From a virus: 64,000 bases of DNA. Location: IMG/VR virus record IMGVR_UViG_3300034018_003010, one strand, 5' to 3'. Shown here one piece after another: positions 13,425 to 22,533 of this stretch. Made by a program: the position numbers and the translations under genes. The notes below the pieces were generated by a model, which worked only from the letters and a program-made list of their open reading frames with translations, had not been told where the DNA came from and ran no database searches. Each line of letters begins with the position of its first letter. Within the stretch, counting starts at the first letter, position 1.

Positions 13425-15431
13425 TTAAAAACTCCTCCAATATGGTATATTTACATCTCTTGTTATGCTTATCATTTTTGAAGTCATAGATGTAACTGGC
13501 AATCCCAAAAGAGGTGTGTATGACCATGTTATAGCGTCTGATGAAGTTCCTAGGTTATAAGCTCCATTTTCATATGTTATTTCAATAAATTTATTTATTT
13601 CGGGAGAATATTGTATATCTCCATTTTTGCCGCCCCATGTTATTAAATTAAATGTTGTTAAATCACTTGTATATAACACTTCTTTGGTAACGCTACTTGT
13701 TCCATATGACATATAAAACCACAAAATACCAAAAGCTTCTGTGCCAAAAATAAAAGAAGTATATTCTTGTGTAGAAGTTGGTGTGTATATTTTTGTCCAT
13801 GTTATAAAGTCTGAAGATTTCCATATACTTCCATTTCTTTCATCCCCAGTCCATGATTCTGTATTTAAAGGATTTGGATTTACAATAAAAAAATAATTAC
13901 CGCTAAAATATCCAATGTAGTCAATTTTAAAAGGATCTTGATACGATGATATGGGAGCTGGCAAATTAGAAAATTTAGAGGTTTGCCATGTTTTACAACC
14001 ATTGCTACTTAAATAAAATATATAAGGCCTACTTTCTTTTATATATCCTTCTTCTATAAACAAGGCCTTGCCGTTCATAAAGTATATTTTTATAATTTGC
14101 TCTTTAGTAAGAGCTTTGTTTTCATATACTGATTTCCAATCTTTGCCATTTGTTGTTTGTTTTATATTTAATAAATATTCTAATTGTCCTGCAGGCTTAT
14201 AGCTAATAAAAGAATAAAATTGGCTACTGTCTGTTCCTGCTAAATTATAAAAAATAGGATTGTAAAGAAAAGGTGTATAAGTTGATGTGCTTATGTTGCT
14301 TTCTACATTGTTAAACTGACTATCTGCTAAACTATATTTTGATCCTGTATTAGGATTATTATCATAAAAAATCCATTTTGATATGCCTTTCAACCAAAAA
14401 AGTTCTTTTGTAGCTTTAACTCCTGTATCAATCCAGTTTATACCATCTACAGATTTGTAGAAATACCAATCACTAGAAGAATATTGGTTTGCTATTTTGG
14501 GGACCCCAAGTACAAAATTAGCATCTCCCGGTATTGGAGCAGGAGTTGTTGTAGAAGTTGTAGAAGTTGTAGAAGGCGTTGGCGAAGGTGTTGGAATGGG
14601 TTTGCCATCACTAACAGCAAATGCTTGCAATGTTGCCCCAGCTAATGGCAAAGGTCCAACGCCTGCTTTTATAGTTCTTTTAATCCAAACAGGAAAATAT
14701 TCTCCTGGTAATAAATCCCCAACCAATCTTTTATTATCAAGAGTTGGATTATAAAAATTTATATTTGGTGGTTTGCTTAAACTATTTCCTATTTGTTCAG
14801 CATCATTATTTATAGGTGTTCCATAAGAAATTTTACTTATACCAATTGTTGCAGTTAATGAATTAGAAAGTATTAAATTGTTTGTTGCAACAGTTAAAAG
14901 GGATTGTGATTTTTTACTGAATCTTCCAAAAAATTTTATAGAAAAAGAAAGATAATTTGTTCCGCTGCTTAAAACATCCACACCTATTGATCCGGCTCCA
15001 AGAGCATCGTTTAAAGCAAATTGAATATTTTCTGCAAATAATGATGGTGTAGAATTATAATCAATATTATAAGTTGTTTCTCCATATATTCCTAGAGCAA
15101 AGTATCCAGATACTACATTTCCAGAAATAACTAAATTTTGATTATCGTTAGAAAAATTTAATCCTAAAGATAAATTGTTTGGAGTTGATTTTGAATCATC
15201 AAAATAAAGTTCTATAGAATAATAAGGTATAGTTTCAGAATTATTTTGTACATATATACATCTGTATTCTGTTGTTCCTGCTTGCGTTTCTTTTTCGGAT
15301 GCATCTGAAAAAAGATTATCAAGTACTGGTGGAATTTCGTATACGGATTTTAATCCCCCTAATGATTTTTTAGGATTAAAATTTGATGTCCCTCCAGAAT
15401 AGAGGAATACTATATCGTTTACTACAGCCAT
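13425..15431 (-). CDS. Putative virion protein; N-domain paralogous to 9885..13373, P/T linker, BNR-like C-domain (start revised to ATG 15431)
   Basis: MAVVNDIVFLYSGG aligns with the paralog start; gtgga SD and TAGATA box upstream; S.DG..W motifs in the C-terminal half. Confidence 0.85.
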   Translation of the reverse strand: MAVVNDIVFLYSGGTSNFNPKKSLGGLKSVYEIPPVLDNLFSDASEKETQAGTTEYRCIYVQNNSETIPYYSIELYFDDSKSTPNNLSLGLNFSNDNQNLVISGNVVSGYFALGIYGETTYNIDYNSTPSLFAENIQFALNDALGAGSIGVDVLSSGTNYLSFSIKFFGRFSKKSQSLLTVATNNLILSNSLTATIGISKISYGTPINNDAEQIGNSLSKPPNINFYNPTLDNKRLVGDLLPGEYFPVWIKRTIKAGVGPLPLAGATLQAFAVSDGKPIPTPSPTPSTTSTTSTTTPAPIPGDANFVLGVPKIANQYSSSDWYFYKSVDGINWIDTGVKATKELFWLKGISKWIFYDNNPNTGSKYSLADSQFNNVESNISTSTYTPFLYNPIFYNLAGTDSSQFYSFISYKPAGQLEYLLNIKQTTNGKDWKSVYENKALTKEQIIKIYFMNGKALFIEEGYIKESRPYIFYLSSNGCKTWQTSKFSNLPAPISSYQDPFKIDYIGYFSGNYFFIVNPNPLNTESWTGDERNGSIWKSSDFITWTKIYTPTSTQEYTSFIFGTEAFGILWFYMSYGTSSVTKEVLYTSDLTTFNLITWGGKNGDIQYSPEINKFIEITYENGAYNLGTSSDAITWSYTPLLGLPVTSMTSKMISITRDVNIPYWRSF

Positions 15432-15441
15432 AAAATTCCAC

Positions 15442-15471
15442 TTGAATAAGTTATCTATAAATGAGTATAAT
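15442..15471 (+). promoter_or_regulatory. Sigma70-like promoter for the amidoligase gene
   Basis: TTGAAT-18 nt-TATAAT, then aagga SD before ATG 15507. Confidence 0.6.
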
Positions 15472-15506
15472 AGTTTTAGCAATCCAAAAAACACAAGGAA
15501 ATTAAT

Positions 15507-16430
15507 ATGCTCTTAGGTGCAGACCCTGAGTTTTTTGTTGTAAACCATAACAACTATCCAATAAATGTAATAAATGTAATTAAAAATTCTAAATCTAATC
15601 CAATAATAAATAAAAATCATATTTATTATTATGATAATGTTGCATTTGAAATGAATTTTGTGCCATCAAGGTCTTCTAATGAATTTGTTCATACAATAAA
15701 AGAAGGATTTTCGATTGCTAAGAGCATTATTCATCCTTATAAATTAATTGCTAATTCTTGCGTAGAATTTTATGAAACAGATGGAAAAAATAGCAATTTC
15801 TTTGAAGTTGGTTGTGAGCCAGATATTAATGCATACACTCTTTCTTACAACAAAATTAATCCAGACATTTACAAGCACACTCTTGAAAGATATGCTGGCG
15901 GGCATATTCATATGGGTGGAACTTCTTCAGATTTAATTCAAGATGAAGTAATAAAACCAGTATTTGTTTACATGCTAGACTTATTTGTTGGAATTCCTTC
16001 TGTTATTTTAGACCATGATGTTGAATCTTATAAAAGAAAAAGAGTTTATGGGCATGCTGGAAATTACAGACCGAAAGAATATGGTTTAGAATATAGAGTT
16101 CTCTCTCCTTTTTGGCTAAGATCTCCAAAAACAACTGAGCTTTTTTATAATTTATTTGATTTTGTGTTTAATTTTATGAACGAACATATTTATGAGAAAT
16201 TTGTAAAAGTATATCCAGAAAATTTTGGCAATGAAGATGTAGAAAGTATTTACAAAATTTATGGATATGATTATAAAGATGTAGTTAAAACAATTAATTC
16301 AAATAATGTAGACAAAGCTCAAAAGTTTATGAACTTTATTTCTAACTTTATGCCTTCTAAATTAATAAAAGACATAGAAGATGAAATGAACTTTAAGAAA
16401 AAACCTTTAGAATTTTATTGGGATTTTTAA
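15507..16430 (+). CDS. Phage phiEco32-like COOH-NH2 ligase (putative amidoligase)
   Basis: LGADPEFF, DNVAFE, GCEPD.NAY, AGGHIH.G, YG.AG.YRPK.YG.EYRVLS.FW motifs. Confidence 0.88.
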   Translation: MLLGADPEFFVVNHNNYPINVINVIKNSKSNPIINKNHIYYYDNVAFEMNFVPSRSSNEFVHTIKEGFSIAKSIIHPYKLIANSCVEFYETDGKNSNFFEVGCEPDINAYTLSYNKINPDIYKHTLERYAGGHIHMGGTSSDLIQDEVIKPVFVYMLDLFVGIPSVILDHDVESYKRKRVYGHAGNYRPKEYGLEYRVLSPFWLRSPKTTELFYNLFDFVFNFMNEHIYEKFVKVYPENFGNEDVESIYKIYGYDYKDVVKTINSNNVDKAQKFMNFISNFMPSKLIKDIEDEMNFKKKPLEFYWDF

Positions 16431-17100
16431 TTGCTTTTCTTAAATCAAATGGCCTGCATTTCATGCAGGCCCATTGCATATTATTTTTTTTAAATACTTC
16501 CATTTCTTTATTAAATCTTTTTTGATTAATCATTTGCGTGGCATTGCAATTAAAACACAATATTTTTGAATGATTTGACTTTAAATTGATTTTGTTTAAT
16601 TTGTTTTTAATTTTTGGTAATAAAGATATAATTTTTCTATATAAAAATTCTGGCAATTCTGGTAATTCGGTATATGGAACTATATTAAATATCCATTCAT
16701 AATTACATCCTGCTATATGTGCGCTAGGAGGTATTACAGATTGATGTCTATGACCTCTAACTTCAATGCCATCAAATTCAATTTTTGTTAAATTTTTTAT
16801 ATTAGACTTAAATAAATGATGTTTTGATTTGTTGCTTGAAAATACTGGATGATCTACGTCTGCAAGCATGCTATCTAATATTTTATTAGATTCTACGCAA
16901 TCACCTTCTAGGTCTATTACATCTCCTAATATAATACCAAAGTTAATATCTTCTGTGCTGTTTGTTATAATTTTTTCAATTTTATTATATGAATAGTTTT
17001 TTTGCCATTGTCCAAACATAGGAACTTTTGAATTGGGATATAAAGGTATAATTTTGTAGCCAAGATTTTTGTAAACTGAAAAAACTTCAAGTGGCTGCAT
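16393..17100 (-). CDS. Bifunctional primase/polymerase (Prim-Pol) domain protein with C-terminal Cys4 finger (start revised to ATG 17100)
   Basis: Y...GYKIIPL...KVP, NFGIILG..IDLE, KHHLF, GIEVRG...VIPPS.H...Y.W; CFNC...CMKC. Confidence 0.75.
   Translation of the reverse strand: MQPLEVFSVYKNLGYKIIPLYPNSKVPMFGQWQKNYSYNKIEKIITNSTEDINFGIILGDVIDLEGDCVESNKILDSMLADVDHPVFSSNKSKHHLFKSNIKNLTKIEFDGIEVRGHRHQSVIPPSAHIAGCNYEWIFNIVPYTELPELPEFLYRKIISLLPKIKNKLNKINLKSNHSKILCFNCNATQMINQKRFNKEMEVFKKNNMQWACMKCRPFDLRKAIKNPNKILKVFS
16451..16471. terminator. Stem-loop just downstream of the amidoligase stop
   Basis: ggcctgcat-ttc-atgcaggcc; no immediate U tract; lies within the Prim-Pol 3' end. Confidence 0.35.
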
Positions 17101-17106
17101 GAGAAA

Positions 17107-17115
17107 ATTGTAGCA
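17107..17115 (-). promoter_or_regulatory. Extended -10 promoter, probably giving a leaderless Prim-Pol mRNA
   Basis: TGC-TACAAT ends 6 nt before ATG 17100; no SD; lies just downstream of a terminator. Confidence 0.5.
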
Positions 17116-17128
17116 TTTTGCAGGGTGC

Positions 17129-17161
17129 AAAAAAAGAGAGGCGCTGAATTGCGCCTCTCTT
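17129..17161 (-). terminator. Intrinsic terminator of 17185..18003
   Basis: aagagaggcgc-6 nt-gcgcctctctt stem with a T run on the minus strand. Confidence 0.85.
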
Positions 17162-17184
17162 AAAAATAATTAAGTTAATTTAAT

Positions 17185-18003
17185 TTATTTGCTAGAGCCA
17201 TATTGAGCTGCAATAGAAAGAAGTTCTTGCTTTAAAGTAACTGGGCTTACTTTCTTGTTGTTTTTAAGAACATAGCTGCAGAAACCTTTTATAAAGCCTT
17301 TGACTTGTGCTACATTCATAGCATTTACATCGTGTTCATTCATAAATGTTTTTAACTTTCCTAAAGTCAAAGCAGCTTTGCCAACTAATTCTTCTTCTTC
17401 GCCTTCTTCTTCTTTTGCTTTGGGGTCTTTTCCAGCGACAGCAGCTTTAGCAGCTTCTTCTGTCAAAGTGCTTGCGTTCTTGTATTGGCCTTTTGTGCCA
17501 ACCATTCCGGCAACACTTTCCCACCAAGTTTTAGATTGATTATTTGTAGATTCAAACTCAAAATCCATATCTTCTCCTTCGTTTTCGTGTTCGTGTTCGT
17601 CTTCGCTTTCTTCATCTTCGTCTTCACTAGACATTTTTGCTGCAGGGCAGCCGCCAGAATATTCATCTTCTTCATCTTCATCTTCTTCTTCATCGGCATC
17701 CATTTCCATTTCAGATTCTTCTCCATCTTCCATATCTTCATCTTCTCCATCGAATTCCATATCTTCCATATCTTCCATATCTTCATCTTCTCCATCGAAT
17801 TTCATATCTTCTTCGACTTCGTCGCCCATATCGTCTTCGGCTTCAAAGTCTACTTCGTCCATATCGTGCTCTTCTTCTATTGTTTCTTCTGTGTTTTGGC
17901 CAAGGTGTGCTCCAGTAATGCCTAGTGAGTGTGATGGCCTAAATCCAAGATTAATTGGGACAAGTGTTTCATTCAATAATTTCCACTTTTCATAATTTAA
18001 CAT
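17185..18003 (-). CDS. Highly acidic protein, candidate prohead core/scaffold or internal head protein
   Basis: SD aggag; N-terminus MLNYEKWKLLNE; long Asp/Glu/Met tract; own terminator. Confidence 0.7.
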   Translation of the reverse strand: MLNYEKWKLLNETLVPINLGFRPSHSLGITGAHLGQNTEETIEEEHDMDEVDFEAEDDMGDEVEEDMKFDGEDEDMEDMEDMEFDGEDEDMEDGEESEMEMDADEEEDEDEEDEYSGGCPAAKMSSEDEDEESEDEHEHENEGEDMDFEFESTNNQSKTWWESVAGMVGTKGQYKNASTLTEEAAKAAVAGKDPKAKEEEGEEEELVGKAALTLGKLKTFMNEHDVNAMNVAQVKGFIKGFCSYVLKNNKKVSPVTLKQELLSIAAQYGSSK

Positions 18004-18050
18004 GATTTTCTCCTTGAGAATTATCTTATATATTATTTGTCAAATAAATT

Positions 18051-18305
18051 TCAAAACATTCTTTTGCCAGTTGCTCTTTCAATTGCAGCCCTTCTTAGTC
18101 TTTGAATTCTTTCTCTTTCAGTAAAATTATTGGGGATAACAACATTGTTATTATTATTGGTATTATTGGTATTGTTATTATTTAGAGGCATTTGTTGGCT
18201 GGCTGTTTCTGTTCTTACAACATTTGTAAAAGGCCCTCCACCTGCTCTCCTCATGTTTCTGGAGCCATTTCCTAGATTTTTATTGCCACCGCATCCGCAA
18301 CCCAT
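18051..18305 (-). CDS. Small basic protein with MGCGCGG N-terminus (start revised to ATG 18305)
   Basis: Strong SD aaggaggt upstream; 84 aa, Arg/Asn-rich. Confidence 0.75.
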   Translation of the reverse strand: MGCGCGGNKNLGNGSRNMRRAGGGPFTNVVRTETASQQMPLNNNNTNNTNNNNNVVIPNNFTERERIQRLRRAAIERATGKRMF

Positions 18306-18336
18306 AAAGCACCTCCTTATTAATATGTATAAATAT

Positions 18337-18373
18337 AAAAAAAAATATGGGGGATGAACCCCCATATTTTTTT
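18337..18373. terminator. Intrinsic terminator (bidirectional form) after 18388..18720
   Basis: A9-tatggggg-atgaa-cccccata-T7. Confidence 0.85.
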
Positions 18374-18387
18374 AATTTAAGTGTTTT

Positions 18388-18720
18388 CTAGCGTGTGGTT
18401 GAACTATTCTTGGCAGTCTTAGGAGTCGCAGTGCGAGCAACTGTCTTGCGAGAAGCAGTTGTCTTGCGAGAAGCAGTTGTCTTGGTGGTAGTGGTTTCAG
18501 TAGTTCCCTCGGTATAGCTGATTACCGGGGTAAGACCAAGGCTGGCAGCACGATTGTTGCAAGCATAAGTAACAGCACTTTTGGTGCTAAATTGGTTGCC
18601 GCCCTCAATCTTTTCGACTGGGGCTGGGCCAAAGCCTGGGATTATTGCTACGGCTTCATATACCATAGTGTTATTAATGCTGCGAGAAGTGATTTCAAAA
18701 CGAAGTTGAGAACGACTCAT
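18388..18720 (-). CDS. Hypothetical protein with basic histone-like tail (start revised to ATG 18720)
   Basis: SD aaggagg; C-terminal KTTASRKTTASRKTVARTATPKTAK; own promoter and terminator. Confidence 0.8.
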   Translation of the reverse strand: MSRSQLRFEITSRSINNTMVYEAVAIIPGFGPAPVEKIEGGNQFSTKSAVTYACNNRAASLGLTPVISYTEGTTETTTTKTTASRKTTASRKTVARTATPKTAKNSSTTR

Positions 18721-18756
18721 GTGAGCCTCCTTTGGTAATAAAAAACTGAACACTTA

Positions 18757-18785
18757 ATTGTATTTCTTTTTTTCTAGAGATTCAA
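18757..18785 (-). promoter_or_regulatory. Sigma70-like (early) promoter
   Basis: TTGAAT-17 nt-TACAAT on the minus strand upstream of 18720. Confidence 0.65.
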
Positions 18786-19373
18786 ATCATTTTTGAAATT
18801 TCTTTCAACAATTTCTCTACTTAGGTGAATATGCGGCAAAACTGCTGGATTATGTGCTGTAGAACGGTAATTATCCGGAAATGAGAACAGTATTTCTTTT
18901 TCTTTTCCATGTAATCTATTCATAAAATTTATTTTAAAACAATCACTGCAAATCTTGTTAACTTTTGTTTTTAAATATTTAACTTTAAATTTTCTATAAA
19001 TGCCCCAAGCTGTTTTTATATTTTTTTCAATGTTTAAATCTTTACATTTAAAATAAAAACAAAAGTTTTTTTCTTCATAATTACAAAAAATATTATTTTC
19101 AGATATTTTTTTTAAATCTATTTCAATTTTTTTCAAGTAATGAATGCTCCTGCAGCTTTCATAAGTGTCAAAAAACTTTGTTAGCAAACTTTTTATATTA
19201 AAAATAATAATTTTATATTTGCCTTCAAAAAAAAAGTTTCTTTTGCATGTTTTGCAACCAAATTTACTAAATTTATTATCGCTGTAAACAGTCATACATT
19301 TGCTACAAAAGCCAAACATATGTTTCTCTATATCGTTTTCAGTTTGTTCCAATATTAAAAATTCTGTTTTCAT
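18774..19373 (-). CDS. Hypothetical Cys-finger protein (ATG 19373 preferred start)
   Basis: CSKC...CKTC near the N-terminus; Lys/Phe-rich. Confidence 0.6.
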   Translation of the reverse strand: MKTEFLILEQTENDIEKHMFGFCSKCMTVYSDNKFSKFGCKTCKRNFFFEGKYKIIIFNIKSLLTKFFDTYESCRSIHYLKKIEIDLKKISENNIFCNYEEKNFCFYFKCKDLNIEKNIKTAWGIYRKFKVKYLKTKVNKICSDCFKINFMNRLHGKEKEILFSFPDNYRSTAHNPAVLPHIHLSREIVERNFKNDLNL

Positions 19374-19440
19374 TTTATATTTTTTTTTATACACACCCTA
19401 TATAAAAGTAAGTGGTATACTACTTTTTGTGAGGACAACT

Positions 19441-19671
19441 ATGAAATCATTTCTACAATGGGCTGAAAACAGCAAATTAGAACTACCAATCATGGAGAAA
19501 ACAGCTAGGGCTGGAATCGCTCATTGGGCTTATCCAGATGGTTATGTTCGTTCACATTATCCTGCCGGATACTTTATGCCTATAGCTGCTGATGCACTTC
19601 AAAAGATGGGCGACAAAGTTGATGATAATAAAGTCGATCATAAGGGTGCTGGCAAAGATACAGCCCTTTAA
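19441..19671 (+). CDS. Small candidate internal head protein (start revised to ATG 19441)
   Basis: SD gagga; MKSFLQWAE N-terminus; TATATA box upstream; terminator downstream. Confidence 0.75.
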   Translation: MKSFLQWAENSKLELPIMEKTARAGIAHWAYPDGYVRSHYPAGYFMPIAADALQKMGDKVDDNKVDHKGAGKDTAL

Positions 19672-19692
19672 TATTAAAAAATTAATAGAATT

Positions 19693-19725
19693 AAAAAGCA
19701 GGGTGGTTAACACCCTGCTTTTTTT
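19693..19725. terminator. Bidirectional intrinsic terminator
   Basis: aaaaagcagggtg-gttaa-caccctgcttttttt between convergent genes. Confidence 0.9.
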
Positions 19726-20038
19726 AGTTTAACCTGTTATCAATATCTTCTTGCTTAATAGATTTATGTTTGTTATTTAACATTTCTGGTACGCTTGCCC
19801 AATATCCCCATTGATCTTCATTTTTAGGATTTTGAAATACAACACCTATTTTAAGATACTTGAATAAAATTTTTTCTATTTTATCTTTATCTAAATTAGT
19901 TTCTTTTTCTATCGCCCCAACACTTCTCCATACCCATTTTGTATTTCGTGCTAATGATGTAAATACTTTTTGCTCATTATCACCTTGCTGAGTACCTTGG
20001 GGATAAACATCATACCAATGTGGTGGCGTATTCTGCAT
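19724..20038 (-). CDS. Hypothetical protein, possible winged-helix
   Basis: SD ggag; WRSVGAIEKETNLDKDKIEKIL helix-turn-helix-like segment. Confidence 0.65.
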   Translation of the reverse strand: MQNTPPHWYDVYPQGTQQGDNEQKVFTSLARNTKWVWRSVGAIEKETNLDKDKIEKILFKYLKIGVVFQNPKNEDQWGYWASVPEMLNNKHKSIKQEDIDNRLN

Positions 20039-20108
20039 AAATGTCTCCGAAAATTATCAAACCCACATTATAATAATAGTAGATATTTTTTTATAACCAA
20101 GGATCGCC

Positions 20109-20663
20109 ATGAAAAATCGTCGTGAAGATATGCAGAAAAGACTACATCATATTCATTCTGAGCAAAAGGACGCAGATAAAAGTGTAACTTATATTTTTCA
20201 GAATCATAAAAATCATGATTATTCTCTGCCAAAGAAATCTTTATGTGGCAAGAAAATGATTGGCCCAAAACAAACTTTTCACGGCGACGAATATTTTGTT
20301 GCTTTCGTAAAGACTGGCGACATACGAATTATGCAAGTTTTACAGCCCAAAAGCGTAGATACCCCAGAACCTGTAGTCGATGCCCCTGTTGCTGTCCAGC
20401 AAGTAGTTGCTACTGAAGCCGTAGCTAACAAAACATTGACAGAATCTGCTACAATTGTTTGTGAAACATCACAAGGAGATAAAATGGAAAAGTTAATTCT
20501 AGACCAACCAGACAAGGTTACTTTTGACGGAAAGAAAGAGCATCTAGTTCGTGAAACGCCAAAGGTAATCAAAGATCATAAGATTCCTTCGGCTAGACAA
20601 AATGAAGAAGATGTTCTTCTAACCGAAAATCCTATGGCTGGTATTGATGTAATCAGCGACTAA
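20109..20663 (+). CDS. Hypothetical protein
   Basis: SD aagga; 184 aa; TAGATA box upstream. Confidence 0.75.
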   Translation: MKNRREDMQKRLHHIHSEQKDADKSVTYIFQNHKNHDYSLPKKSLCGKKMIGPKQTFHGDEYFVAFVKTGDIRIMQVLQPKSVDTPEPVVDAPVAVQQVVATEAVANKTLTESATIVCETSQGDKMEKLILDQPDKVTFDGKKEHLVRETPKVIKDHKIPSARQNEEDVLLTENPMAGIDVISD

Positions 20664-21196
20664 GATTTAGGACCACGTTTTAAATTAATTTTTATTTCTA
20701 AATTTTTCTTAGGTGGCAAGTTTTCAATACTTGCCATCTTTTCTTTTAGTTTAGAAGCTAAATCACTTGCAGACGGTTTAGCTTCTATTTTTTCAGATTG
20801 CACCACATTAACTGATTTTTTCATTCTATTATAATAACCTTTAGATAAAATAAAATATCCAAGTTGAGCATTATAACAAATCATTCCAACCCATTCTCCA
20901 TCATCCCAATTTCTTGATGAAACTATAACTCTTAAAGGCTTTTCAGTAAAAACTAATTTTACATGATATCCCATTCTCTTAAGAGCAGCACTAACATATC
21001 CTAAAGCAATTTTAGCAAATCCAAAGTTTGTATCATCCATAGTAGTTTTATAATTTACATCAACTGCGTATCTTGATGTTTCTACAGCTTCTTTTATAAG
21101 CGTATATTTTTTCCCCAAATATTCTACGAATATTTCTGCTAATTCTTCAGGTGTCACTTGGACAATTTCGGTTACATCTTTAAGAGGATTTTCCAT
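20660..21196 (-). CDS. Hypothetical protein
   Basis: 178 aa; TAAATA 4 nt upstream of ATG. Confidence 0.75.
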   Translation of the reverse strand: MENPLKDVTEIVQVTPEELAEIFVEYLGKKYTLIKEAVETSRYAVDVNYKTTMDDTNFGFAKIALGYVSAALKRMGYHVKLVFTEKPLRVIVSSRNWDDGEWVGMICYNAQLGYFILSKGYYNRMKKSVNVVQSEKIEAKPSASDLASKLKEKMASIENLPPKKNLEIKINLKRGPKS

Positions 21197-21237
21197 GCTA
21201 TATTTAGGATAGTTACTCTTATATTTTTGAGGTACCC

Positions 21238-22395
21238 ATGCAAGAAATTATTAACATAGAAGACAGAATTGATAATATAATAAAACTTATAAAAGATATG
21301 GAAAGCGCTTTTGATGAGATTCAACAGCCTAGAACAGAATATGTTTTGCAAAACTTTGTTGTTGGCCAACATGATACTATAGAAACACAATATTCGCAAT
21401 GTGTTCTAGAAATGATGGTTAAATATGATAACATTAGAAGAGCTAAGTTAAACAAGAGAAAGCTTCAAATAAAAATTAATGAATATGAATCTAAAAACAC
21501 AGAATTAGATCAAATTGAAGCAGATCTACTAAAAATAGATTTAGAAGAACAAGATCGGGCTATGCTGGGAGCATTAAGAGAATTTGAGGCTTTGTATAAA
21601 ATTTGGCAAGCATTTCCAAAAAAATACACTAGAGAAGAGCTTGATTCAAATCAACCAATTTATTGGGCAAAAAGGCTGCAAAGACAAGCTTATCAAGATA
21701 TTCAGGCAACTGGAAGAGTTGGGGTTGGAAACCATGAAGCTCTTAGACAAGCAGGTTTTGCTTCTGTTCCAGACAATTCGCTTGCATCAAATGTTGAAAA
21801 AAAATATCTTGAAAATGGAGATGCAAAATGTTTATTAGTAGTTGCAACAAGAGAAAAAGTAGAAAAATTACCAAACATCGAAAAACTTGATTTGCCAGCA
21901 GGTCTTCAAGTAAAAGTAACAAATGTACATAGCATGACTGTAGATGGAGCATACAACCATGCTGTAAAAATAGCACTAGAAGATAATGCTGATTTTATCC
22001 TAACAGTTGAAGATGATACTTTTCCTCCAGAAGATGGATTCGTAAAATTAATTAAAAGTTATAGAAATAGTAAAGAAAAATGTATAGTAGGTGGTTGGTA
22101 CCCAAGAAAAAACAAATCTAGACAAGGAACAGCAATAATAATTAAAGATGGATACAGAACAGATTTGCAGCCAGATGGTAATATACATGAAGTCTATAGC
22201 GTTCCTATGGGATTTACCTTGTTCCCAGTTTCATTATTTAAAGAATTAGAAAAACCATATTTTATGACTACAGATAGCCTTACTCAAGATAGCTTTATTT
22301 CACAAAAAGCAAGAGATAAAAATTACAAACTTCTTATAGATACATCTATTATGTGCAAACATCTTGATAAAGAAGCAAATATAATGTATGAATAG
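21238..22395 (+). CDS. Coiled-coil domain fused to a GT-A (GT2-like) glycosyltransferase domain
   Basis: SD gaggt; C-half AYN.AV..AL...ADFILTVEDD, GFTL, QDSF, LIDTSIMCKH, same layout as 61199..61855. Confidence 0.7.
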   Translation: MQEIINIEDRIDNIIKLIKDMESAFDEIQQPRTEYVLQNFVVGQHDTIETQYSQCVLEMMVKYDNIRRAKLNKRKLQIKINEYESKNTELDQIEADLLKIDLEEQDRAMLGALREFEALYKIWQAFPKKYTREELDSNQPIYWAKRLQRQAYQDIQATGRVGVGNHEALRQAGFASVPDNSLASNVEKKYLENGDAKCLLVVATREKVEKLPNIEKLDLPAGLQVKVTNVHSMTVDGAYNHAVKIALEDNADFILTVEDDTFPPEDGFVKLIKSYRNSKEKCIVGGWYPRKNKSRQGTAIIIKDGYRTDLQPDGNIHEVYSVPMGFTLFPVSLFKELEKPYFMTTDSLTQDSFISQKARDKNYKLLIDTSIMCKHLDKEANIMYE

Positions 22396-22533
22396 TCTCA
22401 ACTATTTTAATTAATATGGGTTTTGTTTTTTGATTCAATTTTTATAAAAAAGTACTATCTTGAACTAAATAATCTAGCCCCAATATGTTTTTAATATATT
22501 GGTGCTAGTTATTGTTTATACAAAGGCTAATAA

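Noticed and set aside
17300-17925. Overlapping ORFs over the acidic gene (MEKMKIWK repeats, His/Leu-rich, Phe/Ile-rich)
   Set aside because: Frame and antisense shadows of the GAA/GAT/ATG-rich tract
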